45,178 bases of DNA from Flavobacteriaceae bacterium (GTDB lineage: Bacteria > Bacteroidota > Bacteroidia > Flavobacteriales > Flavobacteriaceae): the NCBI GenBank assembly GCA_049609945.1, contig JBMYZB010000001.1:1-45178 (forward strand), read 5' to 3'. Position numbers and translations under genes: made by a program. Under the pieces are notes generated by a model. It did not search any database, had not been told where the DNA came from, and saw only the letters and a list, made by a program, of their open reading frames with translations. Positions 25,812 through 33,351 of this stretch are shown here, in pieces; the stretch's first letter is position 1; each line of letters starts with the position of its first letter.

Positions 25812-25819
25812 CAAATATA
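25812..25819 (-). promoter_or_regulatory. Candidate -7 box TATATTTG (minus strand) for the moeA-led Moco operon
   Basis: The plus strand reads CAAATATA. This is an exact TAnnTTTG on the minus strand, 19 nt upstream of the moeA ATG at 25793 and just downstream of the terminator hairpin. Confidence 0.35.
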
Positions 25820-25828
25820 ACGAAAAGG

Positions 25829-25864
25829 AAAAAAATTCCCTCAATAACGAAAGGGAATTTTTCA
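25829..25864 (-). terminator. Intrinsic terminator after trpB2
   Basis: The minus strand reads GAAAAATTCCCT-TTCGTTATTG-AGGGAATTTTTTTCCTTTTCG. The stem is 8 bp GC-containing (11 bp counting A:T pairs), the loop is 10 nt, and a T-run follows. It starts about 15 nt after the trpB2 stop. Confidence 0.6.
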
Positions 25865-25878
25865 CAGGAAAAAAGACG

Positions 25879-27240
25879 TTAATCGATCAAAGGGGTATCC
25901 AATTTTGCGAGAGAGGCTTTGATTTCAGCATCACTCAATTCGTGCTTGACGATTTTGCCGGCAAAATAATCTTGATAGGCTTTCATATCAAAATTACCGT
26001 GACCACACAGATTGATCAAAATAGTTTTCGATTTACCTTCTTTTTTGCATTGCTCTGCTTCTTCAATGGCAGTGGCAATGCCGTGTGTGGCTTCGGGTGC
26101 TGGAATAATACCCTCTGCTTTTGCAAATTGGACGCCAGCAGAAAAGACCTCTAGGTTGTCATGTGAACGCGCTTCAATGAGCTTGTCTTTTAACAACTGG
26201 CTAACAATAACCCCTGCACCGTGATAACGTAAGCCTCCTGCGTGGATGGGAGCTGGCACAAAGTCATGTCCAAGAGTGTACATAGGCAAAAGCGGTGTCA
26301 TTCCGGCAGTGTCTCCAAAGTCATAACGAAATACGCCACGAGTGAGCTTTGGACAAGAAGCGGGTTCGCTGGCAATACAACGAATGGATTTTCCTTCATC
26401 AAAATTTAATCGCAAAAAGGGGAATGCTAAACCAGAGAAATTAGAACCTCCTCCAAACGGAGCAATCACAATGTCTGGCAAATCTCCTGCCTTCTCCATT
26501 TGCAATACGGCCTCTTGGCCAATAATGGTTTGGTGCAATTTCACATGATTGAGCACACTCCCAAGTGCATATTTAGTATCATCATTCGTGGCGGCTCGTT
26601 CCACAGCTTCAGATATAGCAATTCCCAAAGAACCTGTTGTATCTGGATGTTCTGCTAGAATTTTTCGGCCAATTCCGGTAGCATTGGAAGGTGAGGGGTG
26701 CACCGTAGCGCCCCAAGTATTCATCATTACCTTTCGATAGGGTTTGTGTTCAAAAGAGAGTTTCACCATAAACACCTCACATTCAATACCAAAGTGTTGG
26801 CAGGCAAAACTCAAGGCACTTCCCCATTGTCCAGCGCCGGTTTCTGTAGTGATCTTTTTTACCCCTTCTTGTTTGTTGTAATAAGCTTGAGCCACAGCTG
26901 TGTTAGGTTTGTGTGAACCCGTTGGGCTTACTCCTTCGTATTTATAATATATTTTGGCTGGGGTATCTAAAGCCTTTTCTAGGTTATAGGCTCTGTAGAG
27001 TGGGGTGGGGCGCCACATACTGTAAATGTTTCGGACCTCATCGGGTATGTCTATCCATTTATCTGTGCTCACTTCTTGTTTGATCAGTTCCATAGGAAAT
27101 AAAGGAGCCAAAGCATCCGGCCCAATGGGCTCTTTAGTGCCCGGATGAAGGGGAGGCAGTGGCTTATTGGGCATGTCTGCTATAATGTTATACCATTTAT
27201 CAGGAATTTCTTTTTCGCTTAAAATAATTTTTCGTTCCAT
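25879..27240 (-). CDS. TrpB-like PLP-dependent enzyme (tryptophan synthase beta-chain paralogue, TrpB2 type)
   Basis: 453 aa, longer than a canonical TrpB1. It has the characteristic N-terminal extension MERKIILSEKEIPDKWYNIIADMPNKPLPPLHPGT and the PLP-lysine context SPTGSHKPNTA, plus GGGSNF and a late GHG. No other trp genes are in the window. Confidence 0.9.
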   Translation of the reverse strand: MERKIILSEKEIPDKWYNIIADMPNKPLPPLHPGTKEPIGPDALAPLFPMELIKQEVSTDKWIDIPDEVRNIYSMWRPTPLYRAYNLEKALDTPAKIYYKYEGVSPTGSHKPNTAVAQAYYNKQEGVKKITTETGAGQWGSALSFACQHFGIECEVFMVKLSFEHKPYRKVMMNTWGATVHPSPSNATGIGRKILAEHPDTTGSLGIAISEAVERAATNDDTKYALGSVLNHVKLHQTIIGQEAVLQMEKAGDLPDIVIAPFGGGSNFSGLAFPFLRLNFDEGKSIRCIASEPASCPKLTRGVFRYDFGDTAGMTPLLPMYTLGHDFVPAPIHAGGLRYHGAGVIVSQLLKDKLIEARSHDNLEVFSAGVQFAKAEGIIPAPEATHGIATAIEEAEQCKKEGKSKTILINLCGHGNFDMKAYQDYFAGKIVKHELSDAEIKASLAKLDTPLID

Positions 27241-27287
27241 ACAGTTAAAGTCTTTTTGTTTCTTTTAAATTTAAGAAAAATTTTGAA

Positions 27288-27866
27288 ATGCAACTCAAAC
27301 CCATGCAAAGATTGAAATTGTGGTTTCCTGTTTTGAGGAAAAACAAAAACCTTTCAACCGTATCTTTATTGTTTTTAATATTTGCATGTATCTCCTGCAT
27401 AACGCTAAATTCCCAAACCAAAAAAGCACTTCGATTCCAAAAAAAAATGGAAAAATTAAAACAGCCCAATTGGTTGATAATTAAAAATGGGCGCGGCTAT
27501 TTTAGAGATGATAAAAATTCGTATGTGAAACGTGTGGCGCTGGAAGCTAATGAACAAAATACTGGCCGCTTAGTTACTGAAGGAAGTAATTTTTACATTA
27601 ACAAATCTGGCTACGATTATGAACGCCTAGAGAAAAAAATTATTCAAGTGGCCCTATTTCTTCCCGAAGTCAAAGATCTGGAAATAGAGGTTGTGGCTAC
27701 TTGTAGTGAAAACTATCGAGATGTTCAATTTTTGTTTATTTATGATTATGATTTGGAGCGCTTGCGCAATACCAATCAAAAGGAAAATTTCTTAAAGAAC
27801 TATATTGTTACCCATCCGCAAGTGTTTTCCCGCTTACAATTGATTACTGAAAACCTATGTATATAA
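27288..27866 (+). CDS. Hypothetical lipoprotein
   Basis: 192 aa. A basic N-region is followed by VSLLFLIFACISC (lipobox-like IFAC). No family recognised. Its 3' end overlaps the PhyH gene start by 10 nt. Confidence 0.55.
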   Translation: MQLKPMQRLKLWFPVLRKNKNLSTVSLLFLIFACISCITLNSQTKKALRFQKKMEKLKQPNWLIIKNGRGYFRDDKNSYVKRVALEANEQNTGRLVTEGSNFYINKSGYDYERLEKKIIQVALFLPEVKDLEIEVVATCSENYRDVQFLFIYDYDLERLRNTNQKENFLKNYIVTHPQVFSRLQLITENLCI

Positions 27867-28678
27867 ACCCATTTGATATGGAAGAATTAAACCAACCATT
27901 TGCCTTAACATCAGAACAAATAATGTTCTATAAAAAAAATCGTTTCATCAAGCTGAAAAACGTTTTTTCGCCCCAACTTATAGAACATTTCAACACAAAA
28001 ATTTCTGCAGTAGTAGAACAACTCAACACCCAAAAAAAACCTTTAGAAGAACGTGACACCTATGGAAAAGCCTTTTTACAACTATTTAATTTATGGAGAG
28101 AATCTAAAGCCGTAAAGTCCTTTTGTTTCAGTAAACGCCTTGCTAAAATTGCCGCTGATTTGATGGTGGTTGACGGTGTGCGAATGTATCATGATCAAGC
28201 ACTTTTCAAAGAGGCCCATGGCGGTATCACGCCTTGGCATGCCGATCAATATTATTGGCCGCTTGCCACAGACAAAACCATTACAGCGTGGATTCCTTTG
28301 CAGGCCACTCCACTCAATATGGGGCCCTTAGAATTTAGTGCAGGGAGTCATCAAATAGTGGAGGGACGCGATTTAGCTATTAGTGATGAAAGCGAATCTT
28401 TTTTAGATAAAAAACTCCGTGTTTCCGATTTTGAAACGGTAGTTGAACCTTTTGATTTAGGAGAAGTTAGTTTCCACTCAGGTTGGATTTTTCATCGTGC
28501 CGGAGCCAACCAAACCGAAGCCACACGAAAGGTGATGACCGTTATTTATATGGATCAAAATATGCGATTAAAAGCCCCTGAAAACGAGGGGCAACAAAAC
28601 GATTGGGATACATGGTGTCCTGGAGCAATAATAAATTCTGTTATTGACACACCCTTGAATCCTGTTTTATATCCTTAA
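27857..28678 (+). CDS. Phytanoyl-CoA dioxygenase (PhyH) family Fe(II)/2-oxoglutarate-dependent oxygenase
   Basis: 273 aa. Begins FYKKNRFIKLKNVFS. Contains the HxD facial-triad context TPWHADQYYWP, a distal His in VSFHSGWIFHRAGAN, and an Arg in TRKVMTV. Confidence 0.85.
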   Translation: MYINPFDMEELNQPFALTSEQIMFYKKNRFIKLKNVFSPQLIEHFNTKISAVVEQLNTQKKPLEERDTYGKAFLQLFNLWRESKAVKSFCFSKRLAKIAADLMVVDGVRMYHDQALFKEAHGGITPWHADQYYWPLATDKTITAWIPLQATPLNMGPLEFSAGSHQIVEGRDLAISDESESFLDKKLRVSDFETVVEPFDLGEVSFHSGWIFHRAGANQTEATRKVMTVIYMDQNMRLKAPENEGQQNDWDTWCPGAIINSVIDTPLNPVLYP

Positions 28679-28689
28679 AAAAGTTTGGA

Positions 28690-30240
28690 TTATTTATCAA
28701 ATACATACGCTTCCAGACTTTTCATTATTCCGGCTCCTGAAAGGCTTACGCTTTCGAAGGGGGTCTTCAAAAAGAAGATTTCAGAAAAAACAGTTAGGCC
28801 GTCATCAAAAAAGACCTCCATTGAGGTTTTGTCTAAAAGCATTGTAACTTTAGTTTTAGTATTGATACTTTTTTTCGGTGCTGTTGAAATATGGGGTGCA
28901 AATTGATCAGAAAAATCATTCTTCCCAGCTCTCATTCGATTGATATAATAGTTGTTTTTGCTAGAGTCATAGCCCACTTTGAGCTCTTCTTTTTGCGCGT
29001 TGGAAAAAGACCATTCAAAATTTTCCCCTTCCCATTCAAAGGTAATTTGTGTGGCTGTAAGCGAAATGTCTTTTTGTGTTATTAGCCTTTGTGGTGATGC
29101 GCTTGCTTCAATGTTTTTTAACATAATGGCGGGTGCTGTTTTTTTAGGAATATAGGGCATGGCAACCAAACGATAGCTTTCTTGATGGGGTGTTAGCGCT
29201 ATTTTTCTTATGAGGGTCATGGCACTACGCCATGTGGTTGTAGGCACTTTACTGGCATATTGCCAATTGGACATCCAGCCTTGAAAAAAGCGTTCTCCTT
29301 GTGAAGTCTCGATATTGTTGTATGTGACCCCTGCATAATTGTCTCGTCCAAAATCTACCCAAAAAGAATGTTCTTCTTCCATTTGGGAAGCAAAAGGGGG
29401 GTCTAGAACAAAATTCTCCCCGTTAAAATCACCCACAAAATATTGGGTGGCACTGCCTCCATTAGGTCCTCCAGGGTTGATACTCACCAATAAAACCCAT
29501 TTTTTTACATTCGTTCCAAGCACTGGCAATGGAAAAAGGTCTGGACACTCCCACACACCCTTATGATTTCCAATGCCTTGACCAAAAGAAGCAGTTTTAG
29601 TCCATTGTTTCAGGTTTGGTGAACTATACAATTGGACTTCTTGCCCTGCTGCCAAAACCAATATCCATTGTTTGGTGTCTTCATACCAAAATACTTTTGG
29701 ATCTCTAAAGTCTTTGGTGCCCTGATTAGCAATCACCGGATTGGCTTCATATTTGGTCCAAGTCATACCCTGATCTAAAGAATAGGCAATACTTTGGGTC
29801 TCATAATCCAACCGGCCGGCCTTTTCTTTTTCGTGACTATGGCTCGTAAATATAGCCACAATAGGAGGGTTTTCTATCGTACCAAAACCAGAGGTGTTTT
29901 GGTGATCAACCACCGCTGAGCCTGAAAAGATAGTACCATTTTTATCTGGATAGAGTGCTATGGGCTGTTCTTCCCATTTCAGACCGTCTGAACTAATGGC
30001 GTGCCCCCAATGCATGGGCCCCCACACATTGTCATTGGGGTTGTACTGAAAGTATAAATGAAACTGACCGTCCAAATAAAACATTCCATTGGGGTCATTC
30101 ATCCAGTTTTTTGCAGGTGTAAAATGCAGATTGGGACGATATCTTTGTTCTTCTGCTTGTGTGTTTAATAAAGCATCTTCTTTACATCCAATTAGATTTG
30201 ACATTATCATTGTAATTAAAAAAAGGGAGTGATTTTTCAT
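28690..30240 (-). CDS. Glycoside hydrolase family 32 (beta-fructofuranosidase / levanase-type), lipoprotein
   Basis: 516 aa. The GH32 catalytic motifs are NWMNDPNGMFY (nucleophile), FRDPKV (RDP) and WECPDLF (EC acid/base). A lipoprotein-like signal ends at NLIGC. Confidence 0.9.
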   Translation of the reverse strand: MKNHSLFLITMIMSNLIGCKEDALLNTQAEEQRYRPNLHFTPAKNWMNDPNGMFYLDGQFHLYFQYNPNDNVWGPMHWGHAISSDGLKWEEQPIALYPDKNGTIFSGSAVVDHQNTSGFGTIENPPIVAIFTSHSHEKEKAGRLDYETQSIAYSLDQGMTWTKYEANPVIANQGTKDFRDPKVFWYEDTKQWILVLAAGQEVQLYSSPNLKQWTKTASFGQGIGNHKGVWECPDLFPLPVLGTNVKKWVLLVSINPGGPNGGSATQYFVGDFNGENFVLDPPFASQMEEEHSFWVDFGRDNYAGVTYNNIETSQGERFFQGWMSNWQYASKVPTTTWRSAMTLIRKIALTPHQESYRLVAMPYIPKKTAPAIMLKNIEASASPQRLITQKDISLTATQITFEWEGENFEWSFSNAQKEELKVGYDSSKNNYYINRMRAGKNDFSDQFAPHISTAPKKSINTKTKVTMLLDKTSMEVFFDDGLTVFSEIFFLKTPFESVSLSGAGIMKSLEAYVFDK

Positions 30241-30249
30241 TGCTGGGGT

Positions 30250-31566
30250 TCATTCTTTTCTACTTAATTGTTCACTTAATTGTTCAAGAGGAACTCCTTT
30301 GGTTTCCGGCATCATAAAATGAACAAAAAGCAGTTGCAAAACCATCATTGCTGTGAATATAAGAAAAACTGCTCCTGCCCCAATGCTTGCAAAAAGTGAG
30401 GGAACAAAGGAAGGAATTGCCGCTGCTAAAATCCAGTGTACAGAAGACCCAAAGGCTTGTCCACCATTGCGGAGATGAGTGGGGAAAATTTCAGATATAA
30501 ATACCCATATCACAGCACCTTGTCCCACCGCATGGGAAGCAATAAAGAGAAACAAAAACAGAGGAATAAGCATTCCTTCCCACTCAAAAATAAACGCACA
30601 GGCAACTAAAGACAAAGAGATTATGTAGCCAAAAGAGCCATAATACATCAATTGCCTTCTGCCCAAACGATCAATTAAATTGATTCCAATGAGGGTAAAA
30701 ATTAAATTCACTATGCCAATACCTACACTACTTAACAAGGCGGTGCTCTCCCCTAAACCACCTTCTTCAAAAATGCGTGGTGCGTAATAGAGAAAAGCGT
30801 TTATGCCTGAAAATTGATTGAAAAAAGCGATAAAAAAAGTGAGCCAAAGCGGAAAGCTATATTTTTTCGATAAGAGGTCTACAATGGCAGTAGAAGCCTG
30901 ATCTTGAGCTTGCATTATTAAGGCTTCTTGTTCTTTTTCATTCACATTTAAGGTTTGCCAAATGGCTTTGGCAGCGGCAGTTTCTCCCTTGAGTAATAAC
31001 CATCGGGGGCTTTGTGGAATTTTACTGACCAATAGTGTGAATAGCAGTGCCGGAATGGCTTCCACTCCCATCATCCACCGCCAGGCATTATCACCCACAT
31101 TGCTCAATAAATAATTAGAAAGGAAGGCCATCAAAATTCCGAAAACTATATTGAATTGATAAAGACCCACCAATTTCCCTCTATTTTTTGGCGGGGCAAT
31201 TTCAGAAATATAGGCGGGTGCAGCAATGGTAGAAACCCCCACGCCCAATCCACCCAAAAATCGGAAAGCAGCAAAGCAGACGGGGTCATTGGCCAAGGCT
31301 GATCCAATGGCCGAAACAGAATAAAAAATGCCGATGATCCACAAAGTTTTTTTACGCCCCCATTTTTGGGTAGGTAAACTCCCTATAAAAGCCCCAACAA
31401 CAGTGCCCCAAAGGGCCATAGCCATCACAACAACACCGTGAAATGCATTAGACGATTGCCATAATTGCTGTAATTTTTGATCGGCACCTGAAATGACAAC
31501 TGTATCAAAGCCAAATAAAAATCCAGCCAAAGCAGCAACCACCGACCAATAAAAAACCTTACTCAT
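30250..31566 (-). CDS. MFS sugar porter family transporter
   Basis: 438 aa. Sugar-porter signatures are GRKKT, PQSPRWLL (the PESPRxL motif), DRLGRRQL and PETKGVPLEQL. It lies 9 nt upstream of the GH32 gene on the same strand. Confidence 0.9.
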   Translation of the reverse strand: MSKVFYWSVVAALAGFLFGFDTVVISGADQKLQQLWQSSNAFHGVVVMAMALWGTVVGAFIGSLPTQKWGRKKTLWIIGIFYSVSAIGSALANDPVCFAAFRFLGGLGVGVSTIAAPAYISEIAPPKNRGKLVGLYQFNIVFGILMAFLSNYLLSNVGDNAWRWMMGVEAIPALLFTLLVSKIPQSPRWLLLKGETAAAKAIWQTLNVNEKEQEALIMQAQDQASTAIVDLLSKKYSFPLWLTFFIAFFNQFSGINAFLYYAPRIFEEGGLGESTALLSSVGIGIVNLIFTLIGINLIDRLGRRQLMYYGSFGYIISLSLVACAFIFEWEGMLIPLFLFLFIASHAVGQGAVIWVFISEIFPTHLRNGGQAFGSSVHWILAAAIPSFVPSLFASIGAGAVFLIFTAMMVLQLLFVHFMMPETKGVPLEQLSEQLSRKE

Positions 31567-31871
31567 GTATTCTTTTTGATTTATTTGTTTTGTAAATTTC
31601 TACTTCTAACGTACGCCAAATTTTTTCGATTTGTTTAGGGTTCAAATTTTAGAGAGTACTTTATTGCCTAAAAGCTTTTCGTTTAGTTTTTTTCTGATCA
31701 TAATTAATTACTCGCCATTTGGTTCTTTGGGTCTGATTTTTCATACTTGTTTCTTCTTTGACTAATTGAATAAAAGTGTTGAAGCCGTTTTTTGTTCTTA
31801 AATTCAATTTGTTTCGCTATTCCGTTTAAAAAATTCTATTTTAGAGAATCAAAACAATATACAAAATACCA

Positions 31872-33350
31872 ATGGCCATAAGAAAAAAAAGCGCCTTTTT
31901 CCTTTTTGCAGCAGTTTTATTTCTGCTTACAGGGTGCCAAAAAACTCCAACCCAACCCAACATTTTATTTCTATTTGCCGATGACCAACGTGCCGATGCT
32001 TTGGGTGTAGCTTCCAATCCATACATCCGCACACCACATATAGATGCCCTAGCTCAAGAAGGCGTTCATTTTAGAAATAGTTATGTGATGGGTGGCCACC
32101 ACGGGGCCATTTGTGCACCCAGTAGAGCCATGTTGCTAAGTGGAAAAAGCTTATTTCATGTCTATGATCGTCTAGATGGTGTACTCACTCTTCCGCACTA
32201 TTTGTCCCGTTTTGGCTATCAAACTATGGGCATAGGAAAATGGCACAATGGTGCTGCCAGTTTTCAGGCTACCTTTCAACAAGGTGCACAAATTATGTTG
32301 GGCGGCATGAGCGATCATTTTAATGTGCCTGTGCGCCAAATGAATGCCAATGGGCTAATTGGAGAACCCGAAGAAAAAAGCTTTTCTACGGATCTTTTTG
32401 CCGATGCTGCCCTAGAATTTATAGATCAATATAGTGCTGGAGATCAACAAAACCCTTTTTTCTGTTATGTGGCCTTTACCGCTCCACATGATCCACGTTC
32501 TCCCGCACCGAAATATGCAGATGCCTACGGCGAAAAAGAAATCCCCCTACCCAAAAATTTTAAACCCTTACATCCTTTCCGGTTTGATAATTTTAACGTG
32601 CGGGATGAGACTTTAGCCCCCTGGCCCAGAACGCCTGAGGTCATCCAATCTTCCTTAGCGGAATATTATGCTCTCATTCAACATATTGATGACCGGGTGG
32701 GTGATCTAATTGCCCGACTTGAGCAAAATGACCTATTGGACAACACCCTCATAATTTATGCTGCAGATAATGGTTTGGCGGTTGGTAGTCATGGCCTTTT
32801 GGGTAAACAAAACCTCTATGAACACAGCATGAAAGTGCCCTTAATTATCAGTGGTCCCGGCATCCCAAAAGCCCAAACCACGGATGCTTTAGTCTATTTG
32901 TATGACCTTTTTCCAACCCTCACCCAATATTTAAACGTGCCCACCCCAGAGGGCATTGATGGCCATTCTTTGATGAACATCATCCAACAGAAGGAAAAGC
33001 AAGTGCGGTCAAGCCTCTATACTGCCTATAGAAACACCATTCGAGCGGTGCGTGATGCCGATTGGAAGTTGATTCGCTATCCACAAATTGACCACACCCA
33101 GCTGTATCATTTAAAAGAAGACCCCCAAGAAACAAACAACTTGGCTGCCCATCCAGCTTATCAAGCCAAAGTAGAGGAGATGATGGCATTACTTAAAACC
33201 CATCACCAAGCCACAGACGATACTCTTAATTTGTCGCCTTCCACCATTGTTTCAAAAGAATATGACTATACAACCCTTAAACAAACACCAGACAAATGGC
33301 AACCTGCTTATATTTTAAATAAATATTTTCCTAAACAATTAAATCCGTAA
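31872..33350 (+). CDS. Sulfatase (formylglycine-dependent, S1 family)
   Basis: 492 aa with lipoprotein signal LLTGC. Contains FLFADDQRADALG and the C-x-P-x-R formylglycine motif (CAPSRAMLLSG), plus GKWH and ADNG. Confidence 0.9.
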   Translation: MAIRKKSAFFLFAAVLFLLTGCQKTPTQPNILFLFADDQRADALGVASNPYIRTPHIDALAQEGVHFRNSYVMGGHHGAICAPSRAMLLSGKSLFHVYDRLDGVLTLPHYLSRFGYQTMGIGKWHNGAASFQATFQQGAQIMLGGMSDHFNVPVRQMNANGLIGEPEEKSFSTDLFADAALEFIDQYSAGDQQNPFFCYVAFTAPHDPRSPAPKYADAYGEKEIPLPKNFKPLHPFRFDNFNVRDETLAPWPRTPEVIQSSLAEYYALIQHIDDRVGDLIARLEQNDLLDNTLIIYAADNGLAVGSHGLLGKQNLYEHSMKVPLIISGPGIPKAQTTDALVYLYDLFPTLTQYLNVPTPEGIDGHSLMNIIQQKEKQVRSSLYTAYRNTIRAVRDADWKLIRYPQIDHTQLYHLKEDPQETNNLAAHPAYQAKVEEMMALLKTHHQATDDTLNLSPSTIVSKEYDYTTLKQTPDKWQPAYILNKYFPKQLNP

Positions 33351-33351
33351 A

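Noticed and set aside
25794-25865. 24-codon N-terminal extension of the moeA ORF (MKNSLSLLREFFSFSLYLIKHNAP)
   Set aside because: This stretch contains the trpB2 intrinsic terminator hairpin plus T-run and a TAnnTTTG box. MoeA homology begins at MISVEEALAKV, so the shorter start at 25793 is preferred.
25794-27287. Possible Moco riboswitch upstream of the molybdenum cofactor operon
   Set aside because: The leader available before moeA is only about 85 nt, and it is occupied by a terminator and a promoter box. The spacer before trpB2 is 47 nt. Neither can accommodate a Moco RNA motif of more than 100 nt, and I see no matching conserved helices.
31567-31871. Largest intergenic region (305 bp) between the MFS porter and sulfatase genes. 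It holds a 10-nt direct repeat attttagaga at 31646-31655 and 31838-31847, and a 27-codon basic mini-ORF on the minus strand (31661-31744, MKNQTQRTKWRV...).
   Set aside because: A single 10-nt match in 300 bp of AT-rich DNA is within chance expectation. The mini-ORF has no supporting features. I see no riboswitch-like conserved structure. It is best treated as an ordinary divergent promoter region, though operator sites for an unseen regulator cannot be excluded.
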